From Trueperaceae bacterium (GTDB lineage: Bacteria > Deinococcota > Deinococci > Deinococcales > Trueperaceae): a stretch of DNA of 64,000 nt. A program made the translations under genes and the position numbers. Where the stretch lies: contig OZ243956.1 in NCBI GenBank assembly GCA_965214405.1, forward strand, positions 2,528,001 through 2,592,000, read 5' to 3'. The notes under the pieces are model-generated. The model made no database searches. It saw only the letters and a program-made list of their open reading frames with translations, and was not told where the DNA came from. Shown piece after piece: positions 11,559 through 21,779 of this stretch (positions are counted from its first letter, which is position 1; every line of letters begins with the position of its first letter).

Positions 11559-11574
11559 AGAGGCTCAAGCTACC

Positions 11575-11613
11575 ATGACTGCGGGAGATGACTGCGGGAG
11601 ATGACTGCGGGAG
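11575..11613 (+). repeat. Perfect tandem repeat, 13 bp x3 (ATGACTGCGGGAG)
   Basis: Read directly at 11575-11587, 11588-11600 and 11601-11613. Confidence 0.95.
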
Positions 11614-11616
11614 AGG

Positions 11617-11871
11617 TCATGCGTTCTCTCTGGGATGGGCTTTAGCCTTCGCGCTCGCGGTCTTTCTACGTTCCAGTAAAAGTCTGTGCCCAAGCCCCTC
11701 GCCTTGCCCTCGACCCCTTAACGCCCGGATAGAGTCTTGGGGAACCGGCACGACCTTGATGCCGTCCACGTCCTCGAGCCACACGAGCGTATCCCCCTCT
11801 TTGATGTCGTACTTCTTGCGGAGGTGCGCCGGAACGACGGTTCGACCGCGTTTTGTAATAGACGTCTGCAT
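11617..11871 (-). CDS. AbrB/MazE/SpoVT-family DNA-binding protein (orphan antitoxin)
   Basis: TSITKRGRTVVPAHLRKKYDIKEGDTLVW swapped-hairpin pattern; TAAAAT 6 nt before the ATG. Confidence 0.85.
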   Translation of the reverse strand: MQTSITKRGRTVVPAHLRKKYDIKEGDTLVWLEDVDGIKVVPVPQDSIRALRGRGQGEGLGHRLLLERRKTASAKAKAHPRENA

Positions 11872-12089
11872 GACGTAATTTTAGCAACGATGTATGACCA
11901 GCGGTACAATGGTACAGTCGGGGAAAACATAACGTTAGGATAAAGCGGGGCAAGAGTCGTTAAAACTCTGTGGTGGTTTCACTGACACTGAGTCTGTTAG
12001 CGCAGGTATCATCCCTGAAACTACGTCCTAGACGATGCGCAGACTGAGCTTGTCTCAAACCAGATGCTACCTGCTACAAGGGAGGCAGC

Positions 12090-12773
12090 GTGCTTGTTAA
12101 AGACATCATGACCGAAAAAGTCGTCGCCATTGGCCCGGACATGCCCATCGGCGACGTGTACGCGCTCATGGAGCAGCGCAACATCCGGCATTTCCCGATT
12201 GTGGAGGAGCCGGGGGGCAAATTGGCGTCCGCCGACGCCGCGACCAAGGCTGTGAGAGAAGACAACCCTAAGCTTATCGGTATCGTTTCAGACCGCGACA
12301 TCCGCAGCGTCGGCTCGGAGTTGCCGGGGGCCAAAAAGGGCGTGACGCTTAGGGACCCGGTGCGCTTTGTGATGGCCTCGCCCGTGCTGACCGCGCACCC
12401 GATGGACCCGGTGGAAGAGTCCGCCAGGGTGCTGCGCGAGCACAAAATTGGGGCGATGCCGGTCTTAGAGGATGAGAAGTTAGTCGGCATCGTCACGGGC
12501 ATCGATTTTTTAGAAGCCCTGGTGCGGATGACGGGCGTGTTCGAAACGGCGACGCGTCTCGAAGTTGAGGTCGAGAACCGGCCCGGCGCTCTCTCGAGCC
12601 TCGCGGGGGCGATTGGCGCGCGGGGCGTGAACATCTCGAGCGTGCTCTCAACTTATAAAGACGGCGAGACCCTCACCTTTGTCTTGCGAGTCGACACGAT
12701 TGACGGGCGCGCTCTGGCGACGGCGCTGCGGGGCGAGGGCTTCGGCGTGGTGTGGCCACCTGAGAAAGACTAG
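12090..12773 (+). CDS. acuB: CBS-pair plus ACT-domain protein, AcuB-like
   Basis: IRHFPIV...LIGIVSDRDIR and KIGAMPV...LVGIVT CBS repeats; ACT motif NRPGALSSL; directly upstream of acuC. Confidence 0.8.
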   Translation: MLVKDIMTEKVVAIGPDMPIGDVYALMEQRNIRHFPIVEEPGGKLASADAATKAVREDNPKLIGIVSDRDIRSVGSELPGAKKGVTLRDPVRFVMASPVLTAHPMDPVEESARVLREHKIGAMPVLEDEKLVGIVTGIDFLEALVRMTGVFETATRLEVEVENRPGALSSLAGAIGARGVNISSVLSTYKDGETLTFVLRVDTIDGRALATALRGEGFGVVWPPEKD

Positions 12774-12776
12774 GAA

Positions 12777-13943
12777 ATGGACTGCGCCTTTGTTTATGAC
12801 CCCAGCTTGAGCGAATACGCGCTTTCCGACTCTCACCCATTTAAGCCGCTGCGGCTCGAGCTGACCCGCAGCTTGCTTTACGATTTGGGGCTCTTGAGCG
12901 GGGCGCTCGAGGTGAGCCCAAAACCCTTGCTCGAGGGGCGGCTCTTGGAAGTTCATGACCCCCACTACGTCGAGGCGGTCAAAACGGTGTCAAAGGGTAA
13001 AGAAGTGCCGGAGGCGTACACTTACGGTCTGGGCACGAGCGACAACCCCATCTTTCCGGGAATGCACGAGGTGGTGTCGCGCGTTTGCGCCGCGACGGTG
13101 ACGGCGGTGGACTTAGTGGCCTCAGGCGAGGTGCGGCGCGCGGTGAATCTTTCGGGCGGCCTGCACCACGCGCTCTTTGACAAGGCGTCGGGCTTTTGCG
13201 TTTACAACGATCTGGTGCTGGGCATAACGCACGCCGTCAAGCGCTACGGGCTGCGGGTGGCGTATGTGGACCTGGACGCGCACCACGGCGACGGGGTGCA
13301 GTGGCTCCTTTATGACCGCGCGGAGGTGCTGACCGTGAGTCTGCACGAGTCAGGGCGCTACCTCTTCCCCGGCACCGGGCACACTTACGAAACGGGGCGG
13401 GACACGGGAAGAGGCCTCAGCGTGAACGTGCCCCTAGAGCCTTTCACCGAAGACGACTCATTTATGGCCGCGTTCGAGGCCGTTGTCCCGGCGGCGTTGG
13501 CGATGTTCAAGCCCGACCTCATCGTGCTCCAGGCGGGGGCGGACATGCACCGTTACGACCCGCTGGCCGACCTCTCGCTCTCGACGAGAGCCTTTGAGAG
13601 GAGTTACGCGCGCATGAGCGAACTCGCGGACGAATTCTGCGGAGGCCGCCTCGTCGCCACGGGCGGCGGCGGTTACGACCCCTACCGCACCGTGCCCCGC
13701 GTCTGGGCGCTCCTCTGGGGCGCGGTGAGCCGTCAGGCGGTGCCGGAGACGATACCCGAGAGCTGGCGGGCGCGCTGGGAGGCGAGGAGCCTCGAGACGT
13801 TGCCCGAAACCCTCCACGATGACACTAAAAGTTGGAAACCCACTCCCCGCCGCGCCGACATCACCTCGCATAATCAGGTGGTGGTGAAGAGGCTGCTCAG
13901 TACGCTCGAGCCCCTTTGGCAAGAAAGCAAGGCCTCTAAGTGA
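12777..13943 (+). CDS. acuC: AcuC zinc-dependent (HDAC-family) deacetylase
   Basis: HPFKPLR, GGLHHA, SGFCVYND, DLDAHHGDGVQ, SLHE, GADMH..DPL, GGGGY. Confidence 0.92.
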   Translation: MDCAFVYDPSLSEYALSDSHPFKPLRLELTRSLLYDLGLLSGALEVSPKPLLEGRLLEVHDPHYVEAVKTVSKGKEVPEAYTYGLGTSDNPIFPGMHEVVSRVCAATVTAVDLVASGEVRRAVNLSGGLHHALFDKASGFCVYNDLVLGITHAVKRYGLRVAYVDLDAHHGDGVQWLLYDRAEVLTVSLHESGRYLFPGTGHTYETGRDTGRGLSVNVPLEPFTEDDSFMAAFEAVVPAALAMFKPDLIVLQAGADMHRYDPLADLSLSTRAFERSYARMSELADEFCGGRLVATGGGGYDPYRTVPRVWALLWGAVSRQAVPETIPESWRARWEARSLETLPETLHDDTKSWKPTPRRADITSHNQVVVKRLLSTLEPLWQESKASK

Positions 13944-14392
13944 TGTGTTTTACGAACGTAAACGATTTGGAGGCCGCTGTCGGTGAGACGTTGGGACCTA
14001 GCCGCTGGCTTGAGGTCACCCAAGCGCGCATCGACGCCTTTGCCAAAGCCACAGGCGACCATCAGTGGATTCATACTGACGAGGCGCGCGCGAAGCTCGA
14101 GTCCCCCTACCGCCAAACTGTCGCCCACGGCTACCTGACGCTCTCCCTACTCTCCGGGTTGGTAGGAGAAATCTTCCCGGTAGAGGCCAAACTGGGCGTC
14201 AACTACGGCCTCAACCGCGTGCGCTTTCCCGCGCCCGTGCTGAGCGGGTCTAAGGTGCGCCTCTTGGCGGTGCTTAGGGAGGTGAGGAAGTTGGAGGGTG
14301 GTGCCGAAGTCGTCCTCGACGCGACTTTTGAAGATGACGGTCAGGCGAAGCCGGTCTGTGTGGCGCAGGCGGTTTTGCGCTTTTACTTCTAA
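13943..14392 (+). CDS. MaoC-family dehydratase
   Basis: FAKATGDHQWIH, TVAHGYLTLSL, NYGLNRVRFPAPV; TGATG overlap with acuC. Confidence 0.9.
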   Translation: MCFTNVNDLEAAVGETLGPSRWLEVTQARIDAFAKATGDHQWIHTDEARAKLESPYRQTVAHGYLTLSLLSGLVGEIFPVEAKLGVNYGLNRVRFPAPVLSGSKVRLLAVLREVRKLEGGAEVVLDATFEDDGQAKPVCVAQAVLRFYF

Positions 14393-14466
14393 AGGGGCTT
14401 GCACGAGTGGTGAGGCGGGCCGGGGGCACACGAAGTTTAGATAAGTTTTTGCAGCTCGAGGATGAT

Positions 14467-16143
14467 GTGCGTTTAGGGCGTCTGGCACCCGCTCAAGTGA
14501 CGGTTATCAACCCACCAGAGAGGCTTAGACGACGGCTCGCGCTACTCCTGCTACTGCTAAGCGCCGCGCACGCACAGGACGCTGTGGCTTTGAACGCCGA
14601 GGCCCTGAACGCCGAAACTCTGGTCGGACGCTTGCTGCTTCTTTCTTTTTCCGGGGACGAGGCACCGCTGGAAAGGCTCGACTTCACCCCCGCAGGCTTC
14701 ATCTTCTACCCCGGCAACGTCACCTCAACCGAGGGAGTGCGGGCGCTTACGCAGACCTTACAAGAAGCTTCGACGTACCCCCTGCTGTTCGGCATCGACC
14801 AGGAAGGGGGACCTTTTACCAGCTACCGCGTCGACGACGCCACCCTCTTTCCCGGCGCGATGGCTTTGGCAGCCACGGGCGACCCCGAGTTGGCTCGTAG
14901 GGTCGGTGAGGCCACCGCCAAGGAGCTGAGCTACGCGGGCTTCAACCTCCTCTTTGGCCCCGTGGCCGACGTGAACTCCAACCCCGATAACCCCATCATC
15001 GGCGTACGATCTTTTGGCGCTGAACCCGAGACGGTGAGTGCGTTTTCTCTGGCTTATGCGCGGGGGGTGCTCGAGGGGGATGTGGCCCCCGTCGCCAAAC
15101 ACTTTCCCGGTCACGGCGACACCGACACTGACACGCATCTTTCGTTGGCACGTATTACCAAAAGTAAGGAGGCGCTCGAGGCGGTCGACCTCATCCCTTT
15201 TCAAACTCTTATCAACAACGGTATCCCCGCTGTCATGAGCGCGCACATCATCTTTCCCGCGCTCGACCCGGAGGACCCGGCCACCCTGTCAAGCTCTATC
15301 CTTACCGGCTTGCTACGCGAGCAGTTGGGCTTTGACGGCCTCGTCATCACCGACTATATGGACATGAAGGCCATCGCCGACAACTACGGCGCGGGCGAGG
15401 CGGCGGTGAGAAGCGTTCTCGCCGGGAGCGACCTTGTCATCGTCGGCCCTGACCCGGCGGTGCAGCGTGAAGTTTATGACGCGCTGTTGGGCGCGGTGCG
15501 CTCAAACAGGCTGCCCGCGGAGAGAGTGCTCGAGGCGGTCGCGCGTTCGCAGGGGCTCGCTGGGCGGTTCGTTCCACGGTGGGAGGGTGGCAAACCGGAC
15601 TATGCGGCGCACAGAGCGTTAGCCGAAGAGGTCTCCGTCAAAGGCACCACCCTGCTCAGCAACAACGGCACACTGCCTCTTAATCCCCAGGCCAAGGTGC
15701 TTGTGGTTGCCCCTCAACCGCAAACTTACGGCCCAGCGCCTCACTTGGGCAGCGTCATCAAGCGGTATCGAGAGAACATATCCTCCGTCGTCGTGAGTGA
15801 AGCGCCGACGCTCTCAGAGGTAGAGGAGGCGCTCGAGAAGGCGGCGGCGGACGTGGTTGTGCTGGGAACGTATCATTGGCTAGGAGCGTTTCCAGAAGCG
15901 ATGGGGGAGTTGGCAGCGCGACTGTCGGAGCTGGGCAAGCCTCTGGTGGTGGTTGCGCTCGGCAATCCTGACGACCTGCGCTTCTTGGACGTACAACCGT
16001 CGGCTTATCTGACAAGTTATGGCACCCGTGAGGTGAACCTAGAAGGTGTCACCGCCGTTTTGCTGGGGCGAGTCGAGCCGAGGGGCAGGCTGCCTGTGCC
16101 GGTGGGGGCGTGGCCGCTGGGGGCGGGGCTGTCGGGGTTTTAG
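14467..16143 (+). CDS. GH3 beta-N-acetylhexosaminidase (NagZ-like), probably exported; start uncertain (14467 or 14497)
   Basis: IDQEGG, RSFG, KHFPGHGDTDTDTH, ITDYMDMKAI; signal-peptide-like LALLLLLLSAAHAQ. Confidence 0.88.
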   Translation: MRLGRLAPAQVTVINPPERLRRRLALLLLLLSAAHAQDAVALNAEALNAETLVGRLLLLSFSGDEAPLERLDFTPAGFIFYPGNVTSTEGVRALTQTLQEASTYPLLFGIDQEGGPFTSYRVDDATLFPGAMALAATGDPELARRVGEATAKELSYAGFNLLFGPVADVNSNPDNPIIGVRSFGAEPETVSAFSLAYARGVLEGDVAPVAKHFPGHGDTDTDTHLSLARITKSKEALEAVDLIPFQTLINNGIPAVMSAHIIFPALDPEDPATLSSSILTGLLREQLGFDGLVITDYMDMKAIADNYGAGEAAVRSVLAGSDLVIVGPDPAVQREVYDALLGAVRSNRLPAERVLEAVARSQGLAGRFVPRWEGGKPDYAAHRALAEEVSVKGTTLLSNNGTLPLNPQAKVLVVAPQPQTYGPAPHLGSVIKRYRENISSVVVSEAPTLSEVEEALEKAAADVVVLGTYHWLGAFPEAMGELAARLSELGKPLVVVALGNPDDLRFLDVQPSAYLTSYGTREVNLEGVTAVLLGRVEPRGRLPVPVGAWPLGAGLSGF

Positions 16144-16355
16144 GGGTTCAGGGCCATCGCAAAGCCGTAACCCCGGCAAGTGGAGGAGCCCGTTGACCCG
16201 GTGCAGGTAAGGCTAGGAGAATGCAAGAAGATACAACATAGACGTGAGTGGCGCAGTATGGGCGATACTTTATGAACCTTTGAGTCGTATTATCCAATAC
16301 GCGTTGCCGGACCTTTCGGCGTTAGGGTGCAAAGAGCAAATCAAAGGAGAAAAAT

Positions 16356-17291
16356 ATGTCAGACGCCAATCACTCCCTCTCGCGCCGCTCTCTACTTAAG
16401 GGCGTCTCCGCCACCGCGCTCGGCGCTGGCCTCGCGGGTTTGAATGTCGGGAGGGCGCAAGCAGCGCCGCCCAGCCTGCCCCTCCCCCTGGCCTTGCAGC
16501 GCTTCGACCTTGGTGACGCGCAAGTCACGGTGTTTCAGGAGATGACGCTGGCGCTCCAACCCGCCATGTACGGCGGCGGCGCGCCCGAGGGCGCGGTAAG
16601 TGAGCTTCTGGGCGCGTACAACTTGCCCACCGACGCCGTGAGCGCCACCGTCAACGTGATGCTTTTGGAGCGTGGCGGCGAGCGCATCCTCATCGACACG
16701 GGCACGGGGCAGAATTTGGTGCCGACGTTGGAGGCCTTGGGAATCGAACTGAGCAGCATTAACGCGGTTCTGTTGTCTCACTATCACGGCGACCACGTCG
16801 GGGGCGTGTCGGCGGACGGGACGCTGAGTTTTCCTAACGCCACGCACCATTTTCCGCAGGCCGAGTGGGACTTTTTGCAGAACGCCCCCAGCGACAACGA
16901 GGGCGCACAAACCGCGCTGAGTAAACTCCAGCCTGTGGTGGACGCAGGCCAACTCACTTTCTTTACGGGCGGTGAGGAGCCGGTGAGCGGGGTGGAGGCG
17001 GTGGACGCGTTTGGTCATACGCCCGGTCACACGATTTTTCTCATTAGCTCAGGTGACGCGAGGCTTTTACATATCGCCGACACCGCCACCCACGCGCTCA
17101 TCTCGCCGCTGCACCCGGAGTGGGCCTTCGCCTTTGACGGCGACCCCGACCAAGCCGCCGCGACGCGGCGCGACGTGCTGGAGCGGGCGGCAAGCGACGG
17201 CACCAAAATTTTCGCCTATCACTTCGCTTTTCCCGGCCTGGGCTTCGTCGCAAGAGAGGGAGACGCGTTTCGCTTTACGCCCGCGCCGTAG
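16356..17291 (+). CDS. MBL-fold metallo-hydrolase with twin-arginine (Tat) signal
   Basis: SRRSLLKG Tat motif; SHYHGDHVGG, GHTPGH, YHFAFPGLG; RBS AAGGAG. Confidence 0.88.
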   Translation: MSDANHSLSRRSLLKGVSATALGAGLAGLNVGRAQAAPPSLPLPLALQRFDLGDAQVTVFQEMTLALQPAMYGGGAPEGAVSELLGAYNLPTDAVSATVNVMLLERGGERILIDTGTGQNLVPTLEALGIELSSINAVLLSHYHGDHVGGVSADGTLSFPNATHHFPQAEWDFLQNAPSDNEGAQTALSKLQPVVDAGQLTFFTGGEEPVSGVEAVDAFGHTPGHTIFLISSGDARLLHIADTATHALISPLHPEWAFAFDGDPDQAAATRRDVLERAASDGTKIFAYHFAFPGLGFVAREGDAFRFTPAP

Positions 17292-17360
17292 GGGCTCGAG
17301 CAAGACACAGAGCCGCTAACGTTCGCAAGCCCCAACGTCGGCCCAAAGCGTGAGGACAGG

Positions 17361-17624
17361 GTGGTGAGAGACGCCTCTAAGCCGCTAGTTAAGAAGTCGG
17401 GTCGGCCCAGAAGCGTGCGCTACGATTTTAGGCGCACGCCCGTGACCCTTCTGCTTTTGACGGGCTTACACCCCAAGGTGGTATCTGCAAGGTTGGGACG
17501 TAGCAGCATCACGCCTACTACTTACAGCTACGTGCGACTCAACGTGCAAAAGGAAGCTGCCGAAAAGCTCGAGGCGCTGCTCTTCGGCACCCCAGAGCGT
17601 GTGGGGGAGCACCTTCCAAGCTAA
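17361..17624 (+). pseudogene. Degenerate C-terminal fragment of a tyrosine recombinase/integrase
   Basis: YDFRRTPVTLLLLTGLHPKVVSARLGRSSI..TYSYV resembles the FHDLRHT..LLL.GVHPKVVSERLGHSSI..TYSHV pattern, with the catalytic His residues lost. Confidence 0.8.
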
Positions 17625-17697
17625 ACGGCACGCTGTAGGCACAAAAAAGACAAAAACGTCCCAGCTACTTTGAGGCGTTTTTGCGTCTGTGACCCGG

Positions 17698-17742
17698 TGG
17701 TGGGTCCTGCTGGACTTGAACCAGCGACAAACCGATTATGAG
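17698..17742 (-). repeat. Displaced 3' half of tRNA-Ile2 (att site direct repeat)
   Basis: 17701-17742 matches 18726-18767 at 40 of 42 nt; runs from the anticodon loop to ACCA. Confidence 0.92.
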
Positions 17743-17878
17743 GTCTTCGGTTGCGCTTCGCAACTAAGCCATTATCTTCGCAAAAGGCGTGGGTGGCGGA
17801 CTTTTTAGGCCGATAAGCCGGGGCGCGCGTCGCAACTAAACCCGTCCGCACCTCTCCCCGTGGGGGTCACGGTGGTGG

Positions 17879-18076
17879 TCAGAGCAGTTGCAGCACGATA
17901 GGCACGAGCAGCCCCAAGATGATGACGCCCAAAAGCCAAAAGAACTGGGTGCGCGTCGAGGCGCGCAGCGCGCGCAGCTCGCTCTCGACATTTGAGAGGC
18001 GTTTCTCGATGCCCTCAAAAAGCCCCTCGAGCTTGGCAACCCTCGCCTCTAAGGGGTCGCTTGTGCGCCTATCCAC
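17879..18076 (-). CDS. Small coiled-coil protein with C-terminal transmembrane helix
   Basis: LEARVAKLEGLFEGIEKRLSNVESELRAL heptads then FFWLLGVIILGLLVPIVLQLL; GGAG before GTG 18076; overlaps the XRE gene stop. Confidence 0.65.
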   Translation of the reverse strand: MDRRTSDPLEARVAKLEGLFEGIEKRLSNVESELRALRASTRTQFFWLLGVIILGLLVPIVLQLL

Positions 18077-18290
18077 GCCGGTACTCCAGCAGGTCATTGG
18101 GCGTCACGTCCTTGCCGGTAAGAGCGCGCAACGCGGTGATCACTGCGTCTAAACTCTCGAGCTGGGGCTGCCTCTCGCCCGCGGCGTACTTCCTGACCGT
18201 TATCTCACTGATACCCTCCACTGCCTGCCCGAGCTTGTAGGCGCTGAGGTCGTGCTCCTCCAAAAATTCCTTGAGCTTGAACGTGATCAT
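18069..18290 (-). CDS. XRE-family helix-turn-helix regulator
   Basis: LKEFLEEHDLSAYKLGQAV.GISEITVRKYAAGERQPQLESL...DLLEY; TATAGT 6 nt before ATG 18290. Confidence 0.82.
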   Translation of the reverse strand: MITFKLKEFLEEHDLSAYKLGQAVEGISEITVRKYAAGERQPQLESLDAVITALRALTGKDVTPNDLLEYRRG

Positions 18291-18325
18291 GCGCCCACTA
18301 TACACCATGTATCCCCAATAAGGCT

Positions 18326-18721
18326 GTGGCGACGTGCTACGAAGACCTTGACCTGGTGTTCCCGAGCGGCGCGGGAACCTTTTTAGAGCACAGCAACGTG
18401 CGTAGGACCCTGAAGCGGGTGATTAAAGCTTCAAACGTCACGCCGATCACCTTCCACGACTTTCGCCACACCTTTGCTTCGATGATGATCGCCGACCACA
18501 TCGACATGGTCAAGCTCGCCCGGATGCTGGGCCACCTCTCGCCAGGCTTTACTTTACGCACCTACGCGCACCTGTTCGAGCGCCGCCAGCGGCTGCCCAT
18601 GCCCTCGCTTTCGTCACTTACGGGTCAGGCTGACGGTAGGGGCGGCCCACCCGTTGGTGATGGTCAGGGTGGTCAAAATGAGGAGGACGCGCTTCCCGAC
18701 TTCGAGAAAACGCGTCCCTGA
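18326..18721 (+). pseudogene. 5'-truncated tyrosine integrase (catalytic C-terminal part only)
   Basis: LVFPSGAGT, TFHDFRHTFAS, LGH..PGFTLRTYAHL; N-terminal domains missing; ends at the tRNA 3' end. Confidence 0.88.
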
Positions 18722-18725
18722 TTGA

Positions 18726-18799
18726 TGGGTCCTGCTGGACTTGAACCAGCGACCAATCGATTATGAGTCGACTGCTCTAACCAACTGAGCTAAGGACCC
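18726..18799 (-). tRNA. tRNA with CAT anticodon, most likely tRNA-Ile2 (lysidine type); CCA not encoded
   Basis: GGGTCCTTAGCTCAGTTGGTTAGAGCAGTCGACTCATAATCGATTGGTCGCTGGTTCAAGTCCAGCAGGACCCA folds as a cloverleaf; loop and arms resemble E. coli ileX as I recall it. Confidence 0.93.
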
Positions 18800-18955
18800 T
18801 TACGGCGGTAGCCACAAGGTTGTGCGAAAGGCATTGTAGCAAGTGAGGTTTACCCTGTCCAGCAAAAAGAGGCTGGATCAGAGACACCGGCGCGGGTTCG
18901 GCTTATACTTTTAGAGTTCTCCCTTTTGGGGAGCGCTTCTAAAAGGAGGCCTTTT

Positions 18956-19432
18956 GTGTCCAGAGAACCCATTTACCTTACCCCAAAGGGGTTGGAAAAA
19001 ACGAAGGAAGAGCTGCGCTATCTCAAGGATGAGAAGCGGCAGGAGCTGGCCGACTACATGGGCTCCGCCATCGCCGACGGCGACCTGCGCGAGAGCGCGG
19101 CTTACGACGAGGCGCGCTTGTTGCAGAGTGCCAACGAGGCGCGTATCGCAGACCTAGAAGAGATTTTGCACCGCGCCGTGGTGGTCGAGCACGAGGAGGG
19201 AAGCGTCGCGGTCGCTCGCTTGGGGGCCAGCCTCCTGCTAGAGGACGTTTCGGGCGAAACGACCACCTTTCACCTCGTCGGCACGCATGAGGCGGACGTG
19301 CTCGAGGGCCGCATCTCCGACGAATCGCCCCTGGGCGAAAAGCTGATGGGCAAAAAGGAAGGCGACCGCGTGACGATTCAGTTAGGCCGCCGCGAGGTCG
19401 AGTACACGGTCAAAGGCGTGTCGTTTGAGTAA
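18956..19432 (+). CDS. greA: Transcription elongation factor GreA
   Basis: YLTPKG, GDLRESAAYDEAR acidic tip, ISDESPLG; RBS AAGGAGG before GTG 18956. Confidence 0.9.
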   Translation: MSREPIYLTPKGLEKTKEELRYLKDEKRQELADYMGSAIADGDLRESAAYDEARLLQSANEARIADLEEILHRAVVVEHEEGSVAVARLGASLLLEDVSGETTTFHLVGTHEADVLEGRISDESPLGEKLMGKKEGDRVTIQLGRREVEYTVKGVSFE

Positions 19433-19516
19433 AAAACCCCTTTACATTTTTAGTGGGGGGACTCTCTGGTATGCGTGTAAAGGATTCAAGGTGAGGTCGC
19501 TAGAAGGCTCGAGCCC

Positions 19517-20800
<1,284 letters not shown>

Positions 20801-20808
20801 CACGCCTC

Positions 20809-20860
20809 CTCATTACACCTTCTCATTACACCTTCTCATTACACCTTCTCATTACACCTT
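20809..20860 (-). repeat. Perfect tandem repeat, 13 bp x4 (AAGGTGTAATGAG on the minus strand), abutting the sigA RBS
   Basis: CTCATTACACCTT at 20809, 20822, 20835 and 20848. Confidence 0.95.
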
Positions 20861-21204
20861 CGGTACACCCGTGGCCTCTCGTTCGCTGGTGCGCTAACGG
20901 CTTAAGGGGTCGCGCCAAACCCGTCCATCCTCAAAGCACGAACCCCCACGCAGCTAACGCACATAGTATTGTCAGACTATTCAACATGCTCACGAGCGTC
21001 ATATAGAACGTGTGTTGCGTCAAGTTTTCATCGTAGCACACGCTGAGATTTTTGTGTGAAATGTCTCTTTCGCCGCTTTCTTAGCGCGGCTTTACGCCGC
21101 CGTCACGCTTCTCATGGCCCCGCGCTGATAGGCTGACACCATGTCGAGTGGTGTGCTGAAGTCCGCTATAGCCAGCGTGCCGAGGTTGATCCGTTGAGGC
21201 TAAT

Positions 21205-21765
21205 ATGCTGAGGCTGTCTCTTATCGCCTTGGGCGCGGTAGTTATCACGCTCCTGGTGCTCGCGCTCCTGCCACGGCGAGAGCGCGTGGTGCCGGGGGAG
21301 GATATCGTTTTAGACGACGCCCAGGTCACGCTCTATCCGCAAGCCGACCCCGAGGCGGTCTGGCACTTTCGCTCTCAAAGAGTGGACTACAACCCGACGA
21401 GCCGCGAGTCGGTTCTTTATGACTTAGCAGATAGCGAACGCGTCGTGGACGGAGAAACGGATTTTACGCTGCAATCGGACGAAGTGACCATCGACGCGCA
21501 AGACAACCTGCGGGGCGAACAGATTTTGGTGCATCTTCTCGAGTCGAATTGGGACTTAGACATGCAGGCAAAAGACGGTAACACGGTGCTTATTGACCAG
21601 CAGCAGGGTAGATTCTTCGTGCCCGTGCTCGACTTCGGCGGCACCGGTCTTAGAGAAAATCATGCCGAAAACGCGAGCATGAATTTTGACTTGAGTGACT
21701 TTAAGACCGACTGCAGAGACGCGTTTTGCTTTAACGAGTTGGAGGACAGCGGCTCGAGCCGGTAA
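21205..21765 (+). CDS. LptC-like membrane-anchored beta-jellyroll protein
   Basis: Single N-terminal hydrophobic anchor then a beta-rich domain; precedes two OstA-like genes. Confidence 0.6.
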   Translation: MLRLSLIALGAVVITLLVLALLPRRERVVPGEDIVLDDAQVTLYPQADPEAVWHFRSQRVDYNPTSRESVLYDLADSERVVDGETDFTLQSDEVTIDAQDNLRGEQILVHLLESNWDLDMQAKDGNTVLIDQQQGRFFVPVLDFGGTGLRENHAENASMNFDLSDFKTDCRDAFCFNELEDSGSSR

Positions 21766-21779
21766 TCCTAAGGAGCGTT

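Larger units (their letters stand above)
17698..18767. mobile_element. About 1-kb remnant of a tRNA-targeting integrative element (att-bounded)
   Basis: Flanked by tRNA 3' direct repeats; contains an integrase fragment, an XRE HTH gene and a small membrane-protein gene. Confidence 0.8.

Noticed and set aside
16144..16230. CGCAAAGCC suggesting a c-di-GMP-I riboswitch
   Set aside because: The GGCAAA start, the GNRA-capped P2 and the receptor stem are missing.
20809..20860. Short repeats here and at 11575 and 57481 as CRISPR arrays
   Set aside because: The units are contiguous with no spacers, and there are no cas genes.
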